A stretch of DNA of 64,000 nucleotides from Lama glama (Eukaryota), in the NCBI GenBank assembly GCA_028534125.1, contig CM052845.1, positions 24,552,001 through 24,616,000 of the forward strand, given 5' to 3'. A program made the translations under genes and the position numbers. Below are positions 51,897-63,304 of the stretch, one piece after another. Position 1 is the stretch's first letter. The number at the start of each line of letters is the position of its first letter. Below the pieces are notes generated by a model. The model was not told the origin of the DNA. It searched no databases and saw nothing but the letters and a program-made list of their open reading frames with translations.

Positions 51897-52549
51897 CTGG
51901 ATCAGGAGCCGGACCGCCTCGGCCCCGCCTGCGGCCCCAGCCCAGCCCCCAGCGCGGGGCTCCGCCCCGCCCCCCAGTGCGCGGCCCCGGGACACGCCGG
52001 CCGGCCCGTGCTCCCTGACCCAAATGCCACCCACTTCTGGTGACAGCTTCCCCCCACAACTGAGGGGCCCCAGAAGGACGAACATGAGTCTCAGAGGACT
52101 CACTCAGGACTCGCCCTCACCAGAGGCCACACCAAACGGCCTTTCGTGCCTCCCGCGTGCAGAGCCCGGGCCCCGCCCCCAGCAGGTGCGTCCTCCTAAG
52201 TGTCCAGGCACCGGCCACCCCCCGAAACTGCATGTTCCTGGGGAAAATGTCGCTGGGGTTTTGGGCTTGAGACACTCCCCCCGGAAGTCTCCGAACGCCA
52301 CCAGAGGGGATGCAAACCAGCCCAGCCTGGACCCGGGGCACCGCGCGGCTGCCCTGCCCACCCTGCGTCTCCTCCGAGACCCCAGGCGGCTTCCCGCCCT
52401 CGTGGCCCCGGGGTGTCTCCTTCCGAGTGAAGACATCACCTCCCAGGGCTGAACTCAGCGTCTGAGGCTCCTTCTGCGGCCCCGGGTTCGCCCATCCTCC
52501 CATCCTACGGAGAGCAGGGCTGAGGGCCCAGCGGACGCCCCACCCCCAC

Positions 52550-52613
52550 CCCAGTGGTCGGAGGCCTTCATTTCCTTGCTGCTGCGGCTCTGCTTTGTGA
52601 TTCACTGTGAGCT
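52550..52613 (-). pseudogene. Exon relic E-LTVNHKAEPQQQGNEGLRPL
   Basis: Acceptor ctccctcctgccag after a very long pyrimidine tract; weak donor GG|gtgggg; phase 1->2. Confidence 0.45.
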
Positions 52614-52619
52614 CTGGCA

Positions 52620-52677
52620 GGAGGGAGGGGGAGGGGAGGAGACGGGGAGGAGAGGAAGGGGAGGGGGGAGGGAAGGA

Positions 52678-52712
<35 letters not shown>

Positions 52713-52755
52713 GGGGGGGGGGGGGGGGGGGGGGGGGGGGGCGGGGGAGGAGGGA
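52620..52755. repeat. Polypurine tract: GGA-rich, (AG)15 and G29
   Basis: Seen directly; the G run spans 52713-52741. Confidence 0.95.
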
Positions 52756-52939
52756 AGCCAGAGGCCAGCCCACCGCCCCTCCCTGTCTCGCCCCACTAGC
52801 CTCCTCCGAACCAGTTGCAGAAAGTCAGCTCTAGGATTTGAAGATTTTAGACACCAAATTAAGATCTTCAGCTTTCAGCTCAGGAGAACACATGTCTACG
52901 AAAGTTTCAAATCGTAACAAATTAAAGGAAACGATTCAC

Positions 52940-52994
52940 CATCTCTGAAATTGTACTCAAGGCATGCGTCTTTCATCTGACTTGGTCTCTCTAC
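52940..52994 (-). pseudogene. Possible exon relic VERPSQMKDACLEYNFRD
   Basis: Weak acceptor, donor TG|gtgaat; phase 0->1, compatible with 52550-52613. Confidence 0.35.
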
Positions 52995-53194
52995 CTGGTC
53001 TTACAGAGGGCGCACTCCTCACACTGAGTGACTTCAGACAGATACATATATATATATAGATACAGATATTTTCTATGCAAAGAGATTTAGAGTAGGTATT
53101 TTATAGTCTGTATTATTCCATAATAGGACTTTTCTCTTTATTTGAGCATTCCCCATGGGACTGAATGTTCCTCTGTGATAAGAGACATGCTGGC

Positions 53195-53565
53195 TGCTTT
53201 ATTTGTGGTAAAATAAACATAAAATTCCCTATTCTGCACTATTTTTAGGTGTGCAGCTCAGTGGCATTAAGCGCATTCCACCTGTGCAGCCCTCACCACC
53301 ACCCTCTGCAGAAGTCTCTCATCACCCCAAAGTGAACCTCTGCCTCTGGTAAATGCTGACTCCCACCCCTCTCCCAGCCCTGGCCCCACCGTCGACCTCC
53401 TTCTCTATAAGCCTGGTGGCCCCAGGGATGTCACATAAGTGGGGTCCTGCAGGCTTTGTCCTTCTGTGCCTGGGTCACCTCCTGAGCACAGTGTCCTCCA
53501 GGCTCCCCCCTGCTGCAGCCTGTGTCAGAGTGTCCTTCCTTTTCACGGCTGAGTAATACTCCACT
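53195..53565 (-). mobile_element. L1MB-type 3' end
   Basis: ttgtggtaaaataaacataaaattccctatt...gtgtgcagctcagtggcattaagcgcattc...ttttcacggctgagtaatactcc. Confidence 0.85.
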
Positions 53566-54033
53566 GACCATCCAGACTGGCTTCTAACCCCCATTTCTTT
53601 CCTAATAAACAAGAAAGCACTTGGAAAGTCACTAACTTTACATTTCAGTCAAAATCCTTTAAAGAGGCTTTAAGGGGAGGCAAAGCTTTCAGGATTCACC
53701 CTCAGGGATTTCCTGATAATTGAAGGGCTTTCCCCCTCAGTTATCCAGAAAGTCCAGAAGCACAGAGTTCCTCGGTTCCTGCCTGCACCTGTGGACAAAC
53801 GGCTGCATTTCCAGTCCTGTGAGGCAACACATTCAGTAGCCCCACCGTCAGTGTGCACACGTCTGTGGATTCATGACATCGGTTCACTGAGCGTCTGTGC
53901 TGTGCCCCCACCACAGGCCGTCCCAGGTCGGGGACGTCCCGGCTCCCTCGCGGAAGACCCTCACCAATCACTGGAACTGACTCAGGCAAAATAAAACGTA
54001 GCTTGTTTTGCTTAATTTTAAAGCAATTTTCAC

Positions 54034-54110
54034 GTGGACAGCTATAAAGCAACTGAAAGGCTTTGGTTCAAATGGGTTGCTTTAAGAAATTGACTTTTAA
54101 ATGCTATCAC
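54034..54110 (-). pseudogene. Exon relic VIAFKSQFLKATHLNQSLS...
   Basis: Acceptor tttacatttcctacag; phase-0 start; donor uncertain. Confidence 0.55.
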
Positions 54111-54925
54111 CTGTAGGAAATGTAAATCACTTTTCCAGTTCAGTGTCTCTCTAGAACATGTAATTCTTTCTTCTTTCCTTCCTAACTCCATCCTCCTGAC
54201 CCACCCGCATGCGGAGGGGGCTGGGGTCAGGAGCCGAGACACCGAGCCCACCTTGGCGGCGTTTTCTGCATCTGTCAGACCCGCTGCCTGAGGGGTGTCC
54301 TCTGAAACAGGCCGGTTGACTGACTGCCACACCTTCCCTTCTTCACAAGAGCCTGTGACAGTGAGAGCAATACATTCTTCTTGAACAAGGGTCTTAAACA
54401 TGTGTTTACACACGTTAAGAAGGAATTATCTGAGCGTCAGTGAATTATCTTCAGAATGCCTGACGTCGGGTGAACACAAAGACCATGCTGCTTCTGAACA
54501 CAGACACAGGAATCGTCAACGTCAAAACGTCAGGCTGCTTCTGGCGAGTGAGCCAACGGACCCCACTCACGCTACCGGCTTAACTGCTGTGGGAAACCCA
54601 GGGGGAGCGTGCTTCAAAATTCCACATGGACACACGTCCACAGCCGCCTCATTATCCCCCGCGTCCCCACCCGGTGGACAGTCCCCGAGTGAAGACACTC
54701 ACAGCTGAGGGTGTGGGGCCGGACCACATCGGCCCCGCACCTGCTCCCAGCCGCGCCACTAACCTGTCCCCGAGCACCCCAGGCCCGCAGAAGCGGACAA
54801 ACGGTTTTGGAAACCATCAACTGCTCACGATGGCATCTCTGCAGAGCACACAGATTGCTCCTTGTTTTCTTTCAGTTGTGAAGTTTGCCAAGCTGCTAAC
54901 AGAAAATATTAATTTCCAGAAGCAC

Positions 54926-54957
54926 CTGGGAAGGATTCATAGCAGTTCGTACAAGCT
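54926..54957 (-). pseudogene. Exon relic K-LVRTAMNPSQ
   Basis: Acceptor tttgctctttcttttag, donor CAG|gtgctt; 32 nt, phase 1->0. Confidence 0.65.
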
Positions 54958-55699
54958 CTAAAAGAAAGAGCAAATCCGGTGAAATTCCAAGGCACGTAAG
55001 AGCCTGAAATGTTACCAGTGCTGAGAGCTTCGGGTCTGTTTCTTTTTTCACATTTTGCCTTCAAAGAATCTCTCTAACATGCCTGAATACCAGTGTTTTC
55101 CAAACGCGCATGAGCCCCAGGGGAGTGCCCTGAAGCGCTCCGCTGCTGAAATGCACACCCCGCCCACCAGAAGGGTGCGGACTCAACAGAAACCCATTAA
55201 AATGGATGATTTCTGAAGCGTCCAAAGCAGGGGGAAATGAAGAAAGGGCGTCATCCAGTTTCCCAAACAGCACGGCTGTGTCCCAGGAATTCCGTGCAGG
55301 ACTCTCAGGTTTGCCCACGAGGCTGTCTCACGCCTCCCCGTGGGAGCCACTGTAACCAAGAGTGCAAAGCCACCAGCATCGTCCACACTCGGGCTCCGAG
55401 GCCCATGGGCACCTGGCCAGCTTCTTGCTTCCTACCTTGCATCTGAGGTGGCTCCTTTCCAAATTTAAAGGATATTTTTGGAAACAAGTTGGGGTAGGGC
55501 AGAGTTTCAGTGGTGGGAGCGTGTGTTCCGGGGAAAGGCACGACTAGAATGCTCCACACGTGAGAGCTGGTTTCCAAGCGCCAGAGCTCTGTCCCCCAGT
55601 GCTGTCACTCACCGAGGGGTTCCTGTCAGACCAGAACCAGCAGGAGTGCCAAGGGTTTGCTCTGCTGGAGGGCACTTCCCAAGACGTGGCTGCCGGTGT

Positions 55700-55865
55700 T
55701 GTGACCACCCCACTCAGTGCTGCCTGGAGTCCCTGGGACATGTAGGACCCAGACGCACTTTAAACACAGCATCTCTGAGCCCCAGCCTAGACCCATCAAA
55801 TCCAAGTTTCTGTGGAGGAGGTGTGAGTCGGGCTTCACGACCTTTCCATCTTTTAACCAGGGATC
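55700..55865. mobile_element. MER5-like DNA transposon fragment
   Basis: tttaaacacagcatctctgagccccagcctagacccatcaaatccaagtttctg...ttttaaccag. Confidence 0.45.
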
Positions 55866-56278
55866 AGGCGCTTCTTATGACGGGAGTTGGGAAATGATCA
55901 GTCTCTCTGGGTTTGTGACAACCAAGAAGGGTCCACAGCAAACAGAGCCAGGACGCGGGTCCAGTTCCAACCCAGACGTGCCTACGGTGTTTTCCACCTG
56001 TTTGCCTTCTTGTACTTTGAAAAAAGACTCAGGGCGACATCGTTTCTAAACAAAACTGTTTTTTAAAAGGTTTACTTTAAGTCTCCTCTTCATTAAACAT
56101 CCTTGACTGCTGAAAAATAAACTTTTATTTTTTCAAAATTTGCCAAGTTTCCTAAAACTGTTAGGCATCCTGTTACATGCAGCTGGAGCGCGCTCTTTGG
56201 CAAGAGACATTTACTCGAGGGTCTTTTCTTAGGCGTCTCATGCTCAAGATCTGTTTTGGAAAATGAGTGAACTCTTAC

Positions 56279-56316
56279 TAATGTGCAGCTGCTTTATTTC
56301 CCATTTACTTTGGATC
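56279..56316 (-). pseudogene. Exon relic R-IQSKWEIKQLHI
   Basis: Acceptor ctgctttaactttag, donor TA|gtaaga; 38 nt, phase 2->1. Confidence 0.6.
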
Positions 56317-56949
56317 CTAAAGTTAAAGCAGTTTTTCTGAGGTTGAAAGAGAAGATTACGTAAGAGCAAAGCCTCCTTCCTCAGCTTGGGGCCGTCTCGC
56401 CTGAGTCCTGAGAAGGGCGGTGATGGCAACGGTGATGACAGCTCACTGCACACCCACTCTGTGCCAGGCTGTGTTCACTGGTGTTGCTGCTGGCTTCTGA
56501 GCTGCACGGCCATCTCGAAAGGTGGGCATTCATTTCCGATTATTATAGTTAAGGCACAGGAGGCTCACGGATGTAACCAAGAATTAAGCTCCAAGCTGTC
56601 TTCTATTCACTACCCCCTGTGCCGACAGAAGGAACCGGGAAGAGTCCCCACCCAGCCTTGATGGAGAGCCTGGCAGATGCTATCGCGTCGGGGGGCCAGC
56701 ACAGGTGTGGGCAGGGGGTGGCGTCCACTGCTTAGAGACGGCCCACCTATCAGAGAGTCCACACCAAGGGGCAGGACAGAGGAAGCGTGTGATCCTCCTC
56801 ATTCTGGGACTTTTTGGCAAGATTCTGTTCCTTCCTAGATTTGGTCCAAATTGTCATAGCCTCCATTCCTGTGCTTTTGTGCCCATGATTTAAAAATGTC
56901 AAGAAAAGAAGAGAGGATCCCATTGCTCTGCTGAATGGACACCAGGGTT

Positions 56950-57283
56950 ATCACTGCAGACTGAATGTCTGTGTCCCCCGCAAATCCGACTGTTGAACCG
57001 TAACCCCAATGTGATGGTACTGGGGGGTGATGAGGTGGTGGGAGTGGAGCCCTCGTAAGTGGGGTCAGTGCCCTGATGACAGAGCCCCAGCCCCTTCTCC
57101 ACACGAGGACAGCAAGAGAAGACGCCATCTGTGAACCAGGAAGGAGCCTCAACAGACACCGGATCTGCTGGCACTGTGACCCTGAACGTCCAGCCCCGGA
57201 ATGAAGAGAAGTGCGTGTCTGGTGCTCGTGGCCCCCAGGCCGGTGTGTTTCTGTTAAGCGGCCCCGGCAAGCAGACTAAGAAC
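56950..57283 (+). mobile_element. MLT1A-type solo LTR, near complete
   Basis: gactgaatgtctgtgtccccc...aaccccaatgtgatggta...gccatctgtgaaccaggaag...gcagactaaga. Confidence 0.9.
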
Positions 57284-58304
57284 GCACTCCACAGATACCC
57301 AACGGAAGACGGTTCCAGGTCGGGGCAGACCGGCCCCTGGGACCCACTGCAGTCGCGTCTGGACAGCAGTTCTGCTCTGTTCCTCTTCGGTCGGCCCTTC
57401 CCACTCACGACAAAACAGGCCCACACAAAACAAGAATGAAAACGGACACAGAAGAAAGAGTCGTCGGCAGGCTCAGAGCGTCGGGTGGGGTGACCCTCTG
57501 GGCCCTCGAGTCCGCAGCCCCTGGGAGCACAGAAGCTGCCCCTCCACGCAGAGAACCCGTGGGCAGACACGGCCACGCCAGCCGCCCACGTGCTCACCCG
57601 ACACTCAGTAAACACAAAACGGAGCGTATGTTTGAAGGCTCTGGATAAACCCCGAGAGGAGTCTTGCATTGTGATGAACCAGAGCATCCCAGTTGCAGCT
57701 CATTGGTGTCTCCATAGAAACAAGGCATACTGGAGGACGGGTTATTGTCAGAGCACTGAAAAATTTAAGCCTCAGCAGAAAACAGAGAAAAGCACTTGAA
57801 GGATTTTTTCCCCGGAAAAACAAACTTAATTATTCGTTCTCTGCACCGGAAGCATTTGGTTTCACCATCAGTACCCAGTTCTCTGTCCCTGGGATTCACC
57901 CTGGATCCACCGACAGCCTTCAAACCCTGGTAGACGACTGGGCAGAAAGCATTTTTACAGCATAATTAAGGTTAAAATGCCTGAAATTATTCATTCTTCA
58001 GCTGTGCAAGGCTATAATCCTGTCGGAAGTCTCAGCCCCCTGGCTGGCACTGAGTTTCCACCGCTGGGAGCCTGCCCCCATCAGGACCGTCTCCCCACAT
58101 GGGCCCCTGGGAGGGGAGACCAGCCTGCCCCCCGACTTGTCCCTCCTCAGAGCTCAGGCCTATCCACTAGCACCAGTGGAGGAAGAGGAGCCGACTGCAG
58201 CCCCTCTCTGACGACCTCCAGCTGCCAAGGCAGCATCTCTGCAGGCAGAACAGGCCCTGAGCTAACTCAGGCAGGAATATCCAAGAAACAGAGCAAGTGC
58301 CTGT

Positions 58305-58700
58305 CTGGGGCAGTTACAGTACCTGTCAGCTCGGCGAGGCCATGGCACCGGATAGTTGGGCAGATGCCAAGTGGTGTCTGCGAAGGTATATATCCATGGG
58401 CACTGCGCTCAAATTGGTGGGCCCTAAATAGAGCAGACGGCCCTCCATGGAATGGGTGGGCCTCGCCCCATCAGTTGAAGGCCTCGACAGAGGGAATCCT
58501 GCCTCAACCTCGCCTGTCTTTGGACCCCAGCTGAAGCATTAGTCCTCCCTGGGTCTCCAGTCAGTCTGCCCTGCAAAGTTCACAACTGCCAGCTCCACAA
58601 CTCTTTAAAATAAGCCCCTTAAACTTTCTCTCCCCCTTCTCTGTCTGCCTCACTCTGTGTACAGACACCCCCCCACCACTGGTTCTGCCCTGTGCCCCAC
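58305..58700 (+). mobile_element. MLT2 (ERVL) solo LTR
   Basis: tgtcagctcggcgaggccatgg...aatgggtgggcctc...atcagttgaaggcct...ccctgggtctccag...ctggttctg. Confidence 0.8.
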
Positions 58701-59788
58701 GCTGCCCAGACAGTCCATCCGGCCCCTCCCTCCAGAAGATCCCGCACACAGGCTCCCAGGCAAGTGAAACTCCGGGCTGCTTGTTGGAGAATAGCAGCAT
58801 GTAAGCCAGTGACAGCAAAGCGCCAGCCAAGTGCAGATGACTGCCCAGCACCGGTGACCAAGAGGCCTGGAGGGCACCACGGACAAGTGTGTCCGGCAGA
58901 CGCAGGCAGCTCGGAGCTCGTCTGATGCAGCGGCTGTGAGTGTCTCTGGGAAGAGACACCGGACCACGGAAGTGAGCATCCCCACGTGCTTAGAAGACAG
59001 GCCTGGGAGGGGGGACTGACCCCTGGCGGGCAAAGCTGGTCTTGGTCCTGGGAGAAGGGGAGGACCAGAGGGCATAGGCAGGGGAGGGGAGAGGCTCAGA
59101 CCGAGGGGCAGCCAGGAGAGCAGGGCCACACAGGGGCAGACTCCGGGCAGCAGCACCAGAGCAGAGGCCTGACCAGGTCACAGAGCTGGCGTATCTGAGG
59201 GGGCCATGCCAAGTGGAGCACAGAGGGCAGGAGGGACCCCACAGACCCGGTTCAGGATATGCTGTGTCTCCGTCACCGCGGGTCATCAAGGTGAATGTTC
59301 AGTGGAATTTGGGTCGAGGCTCTGACCCTGGAGACAGTCAAAGATCACGTTCCCCTCTGGGGGTCAAAGTCTCTAGGGTGACATTTAGAGAAAGAGGGTC
59401 AGGTGGAAGAGCTGGAGGAGAGAACCCTGAGAATCACCTGCAGCTGGAACGAGAGAGGAAGGGCTCCTGCGCACAGCTGACTGACAGCTACTGGAGTAGC
59501 CCGTGACGGTCTGGAGTCCAGCCTGGCATCCCGGTGCCACAGGGTTGGACGCTGCCCATGGCCTCTGAGGAGCAGGTGTGGGGGCGGCGTCTGGGCTGCG
59601 CCCTCAACTGGGGAAGGAGAGGGTGATGAGACAGTCTTTTCAGAGGACAGGCAGGCAGGGGCTCCGCACGTCTGTCTGCATGTGGAAAGAGAGGAGTGGA
59701 GAACGCAAAGATGGAGACCGTGGGCCCAGACCCCAGGGCACACGGAGCAGGAGGCACTCGAGGCGCCATCTGGGGTGGGGGGGGGCAC

Positions 59789-59848
59789 CTTGGTCCTTCA
59801 AACAGCCTCATATCAACGGCATGATCGGTCAGACCCACACAGCACGTG
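59789..59848 (-). pseudogene. Exon relic TCCVGLTDHAVDMRLFEGP
   Basis: Acceptor tctgtgttttccag, donor AAG|gtgccc; 60 nt, phase 2->2; open. Confidence 0.6.
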
Positions 59849-60514
59849 CTGGAAAACACAGATTTGTAATGGATGTTTCCGTTCTTCCTGATTCTAGGGA
59901 GACTTTCATGAAGTAGAAACGTTGCTTTATTTTACAGCTAAGTAAGATGCCTTCACCGTATGTTAAACTCATGCCCCGTGAGACTGGGAAGAGAGGCCTC
60001 CGAGCTTAGGATTTTGCGTTTTGCCAAGAGCGCACTCCCTTATCACCAACGTGGGTAGTGAGTCACTTTCTATTTTAGGAAAAAAAAATTCATTGTGGTG
60101 CAAAAAGACCTTTTTTCATTAAGGCACACCCATAGCTCTGACTTCTTCCAGCTTCTGAACTCGGTGCCAGCGCTGAGCGGTGCACAGGTCCTTGTGCGTG
60201 ATTCTCCCTTCAGTGGCCCACTCTAGAAACGTGCGCCCCAACAAAAGACTAATGAACGTCACATAAACTGTCCCAGTTCAGTCAACCACTAAGACCTGAT
60301 TCTCAGGGATTCACGACGCCAGTTGGCATAATTATGAGGAAAAGGGCCATTTCAAATTCATACTTAAAATACTCATAAAACATTAATATATGTACACTTT
60401 ACGGAATGAATGAGCTCAATTTAAAGTATCCAGAGTGTAAATTTGGGTAGTGAAGTCAATACAAACCTAAATTCCATAAAAGGTCAAAAAAGACCTCAAA
60501 ATCCCCACTCATAC

Positions 60515-60709
60515 CTGGAATTTGCTAAAATCAAGTGAGGAAGAATCAGAAATAAAGAAGGTGACTGCTCTCCCGATCTCCCCAAAGGGGCTGATGGAGA
60601 ACCACCGCCACCCGCAGAGCAGCGGCCGGGTCTCCGGGTGGGTGGAGGGCACCGGTGTGAGCGGATGGAGGAGGGCTGGGGTCCACGTCTCCCAGCGTCC
60701 CCTGTGACC
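60515..60709 (-). pseudogene. Exon relic, 195 nt
   Basis: Acceptor ttctgaatggcattttccactcag, donor CAG|gtatga; symmetric, open in the phase-2 frame (...LFLILPHLILANS). Confidence 0.65.
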
Positions 60710-61085
60710 CTGAGTGGAAAATGCCATTCAGAATTCACCCTTCTCCTCCCCCTTCTGACCACTTTTCCTGCTGCCTTGACTCAACCTGGAATCAAGTCTC
60801 AAAGCTAAGTAACCAGCTGTGGCCAACATTCACCCTCCTCCTCTTCAGGAGTTTCAACATGCATTTTAATATTTCCATATAATTTACTTATAAGCCCATA
60901 ACATACCCTTTTAAAGAGAAGTTTTATTTTTAAAGTTTTAAATGAATACATCTGGGAAATAATACCTAAATTCCACCCTGCCTTGATTTTAAATGGTTTC
61001 AGAAACAGCCGACCTTGAATTCTGCTTTTCCCAAATCAAATCAGTCACCACTGATGATCTCCAAGAAGTGGCATTTTGTCCCTAC

Positions 61086-61201
61086 CGGGTTCTTTAATCT
61101 AGGTAAAATCGTACAAAAAGGAAAGCGTGGATATACTCCTCTTGCGTGATGGATACCCCTGGCTACCCAGCAGTCCTCAAATAAGCCGTTTCAGTCCTTC
61201 T
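61086..61201 (-). pseudogene. Exon relic RRTETAYLRTAG*PGVSITQEEYIHAFLFVRFYLD*RT (RGS-like box 1, helix 5-6)
   Basis: Acceptor gccttctag, donor CG|gtaggg; 116 nt, phase 0->2; YL...P.VSI resembles RGS YI...APKEVNI; two stops. Confidence 0.65.
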
Positions 61202-61605
61202 CTAGAAGGCGACTCACGGATGGAGACAGATGGACACAGCTTGGAGCCACCACTGTGCCCAGCCCGGCGTGTGCCAAATGTGGATTATTTGGCAAGTACG
61301 TTCCAGGGGCACGTGCTTCTCCTTTTGAGTTTAATTGTCCATGAGTATGTTATCAGCCTGCCTCTGAGAGCCACAGCATCCCTCAGTGTAGATAGAATAT
61401 TTCCTCCACTGGCACCCCAGGTTTGCTGGCCCACCCTTAACAGATCTAGACTACTGCCCTCCAAATAGAGTGTGTTCTAAAAAACAAAGAGAATGTAGAA
61501 ATGTGAAGGCAAAAAAGAGTCAAAAGAAAAAAATAAGTTTGAAAAATGTTTTTGTTTTTTGCAAAAAGTCCATGAAATTGTTTTGTGTTTATTCACAGAA
61601 CATAC

Positions 61606-61638
61606 TTCTGGTGTGCTTCTCAACCTACTGCTTGAGTT
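61606..61638 (-). pseudogene. Mini-exon relic NSSSRLRSTPE
   Basis: Pyrimidine tract then tag acceptor; donor AA|gtatgt; 33 nt, phase 0->0. Confidence 0.5.
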
Positions 61639-61885
61639 CTATCTCCAAGAGAGTAAAATAAAAAGCAGCAGGAAGATGTGACGTCACCTGCAGGTGCCAT
61701 CCGAGGAGAGGAAGGGGCCTTGGGCTTCTGCCTGCAGGGGGCCTCACCCTCCTCACCAGAGCCGAGAGAAGGTCCCACATGTTCCTTCCTTTGGGAGCCT
61801 CTCCTTCTGAGTCAGCCTATGGGACATTCACTCCCTGTCATCCTGATTATGGCTTAAAAAGACCAGGGAGAGACCAGCCTCAGCC

Positions 61886-62020
61886 CAGGAGCCATTCGCG
61901 GCTGCAGAGGTAGAACATTGTGCTGGACACCCTTCCTATCTCTGACCCTGCGGGTGACACGAAGTTCAGAACAGGTGATGGTGTCTTCAGTTTTACCAAG
62001 TCCCTAGTGCAGTGGGCAAC
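61886..62020 (-). pseudogene. Exon relic AHCTRDLVKLKTPSPVLNFVSPAGSEIGRVSSTMFYLCSREWLL (RGS-like box 1, helix 2-4)
   Basis: Acceptor ttctctcctagtgcag; open frame; donor degenerate; pattern L..P....F....SE......FY.C..W. Confidence 0.6.
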
Positions 62021-62668
62021 CTGCACTAGGAGAGAACCAACATGCGTGAACGGAATAGAACCAGGAAGAAAAGAAACACACTGTAGATACATTTCTCCTA
62101 AATACTTCCTGTTTACCTCATAATTAATCAGAAATGTAGTAACACAGCAGCGGCTAAGCATGGCTGCTGAGCTTTCACCGTGTGAGCAGTGCGCGCAGAC
62201 CAACGTTTCAGCCTGACTGTCAGTCTAGGAGGTGGACACTGCTGTGAGTGTTACTAGCCTGGTCGTTACTGTCACCATTATTTCAGGAACTAACATTAAG
62301 AAATGCAGCAGGTCTAAACGTTACTATCCAACTGATTAAAAAAGTGGAACAACATATTAATGCACATATAATTAGACTTTGTAATCATCTCCTGAATAAA
62401 GCCTTATTTTAAAGTCCGAGATACTGAACGACACCTGTGTGTGCAAATGAAGTAATATACACGCAGCTTTATCCTGTTAGACGGCCAAGCTGTCCACGGC
62501 ACTCCATTTCCTGAACACATTCTCTAGCTAGGTATTCAGAATTCAGGATCACAGGCAGTGTTTCACTCCCTTAAAGCAGCATTTAACACAATCCACTTCC
62601 AGTACAAGCGAACGAACAGGAGGCTTCCTCAGAGCACCACGTAAGTGGGCGAACCCAGCAGGACGTAC

Positions 62669-62762
62669 CACTTGCGGGCTGCTTTTAACCTGGTAATATG
62701 AGGGTCTACAGCTCCTAAACGGCCTGGAGGCACGGGCACCCGCGTCCATGGCCTCCGTGGAG
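62669..62762 (-). pseudogene. Exon relic PRRPWTRVPVPPGRLGAVDPHITRLKAARK-W (RGS-like helix 1)
   Basis: Donor TG|gtacgt; AARKW resembles RGS EARxW; a frameshift is needed to join the next exon. Confidence 0.55.
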
Positions 62763-63304
62763 CTGCGATCACGTGTTCAGCACCAAGGACAGCGCCTGCT
62801 GGGCCTGGCCTCCCCTCCCTACTTCCTTGGTAACGGACTTCCTCACTCCTGACCTGACTCTGCTCCAGACAAGGGCAGAGGGCGATGCCCTAGGTGTGAC
62901 GAGTTACCTTCAGGACACACACCTTGCCCACGGCCCCGAGCTCTACCAGGAGGGAGGAGACCAGCCCCGGAGGAAGGACCACTCCCCTGCACCCCGGACC
63001 AGCGTCTGCCTGCCTCACACAGTCCAGAGGCTGCGACCTGCCCGCCGTGTGCCTGACGGCAAGCTTGGTGTTCAGTGGGATACAGAGCCGCGAGAAAGTT
63101 CTAACGCGGAAGTCCACAGACGATCCGTCCCAGCACAGCCCCGGCAAGAGCCTGCGGGCCACCCCTGCACGCGTGTCCGGAACACACGTTCTCCACAGGA
63201 TCTGGCTCCAGCACCACCGTCTCTGCCCTGACAACATTCCCGTGCCGACCACGCGAAGGTGAGGTCAGACCGGGGCACTCGAGGGCTTGTCAACAGTCAC
63301 TTAC

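Noticed and set aside
51880-52010. GC-box cluster as a CpG-island promoter
   Set aside because: Short, and the whole region is GC/CpG-rich; it lies inside the pseudogene next to a relic acceptor; no first exon could be supported.
51415-52452. 345-aa plus-strand ORF and the many other GC-rich ORFs in the track
   Set aside because: Pro/Arg/Gly/Ala-rich with no domain, often non-ATG starts; expected by chance in stop-poor GC-rich DNA.
53700-53735. Possible additional 36-nt exon (GESPSIIRKSLR)
   Set aside because: Weak GAG acceptor and uncertain phase link to the upstream exon; plausible but unsupported.
62549-62749. ATG at 62749 (gccATGG) as the gene start
   Set aside because: Good Kozak context, but the alternative frame carries the RGS helix-1-like motif and an upstream consensus donor exists at 63305; more likely an internal exon.
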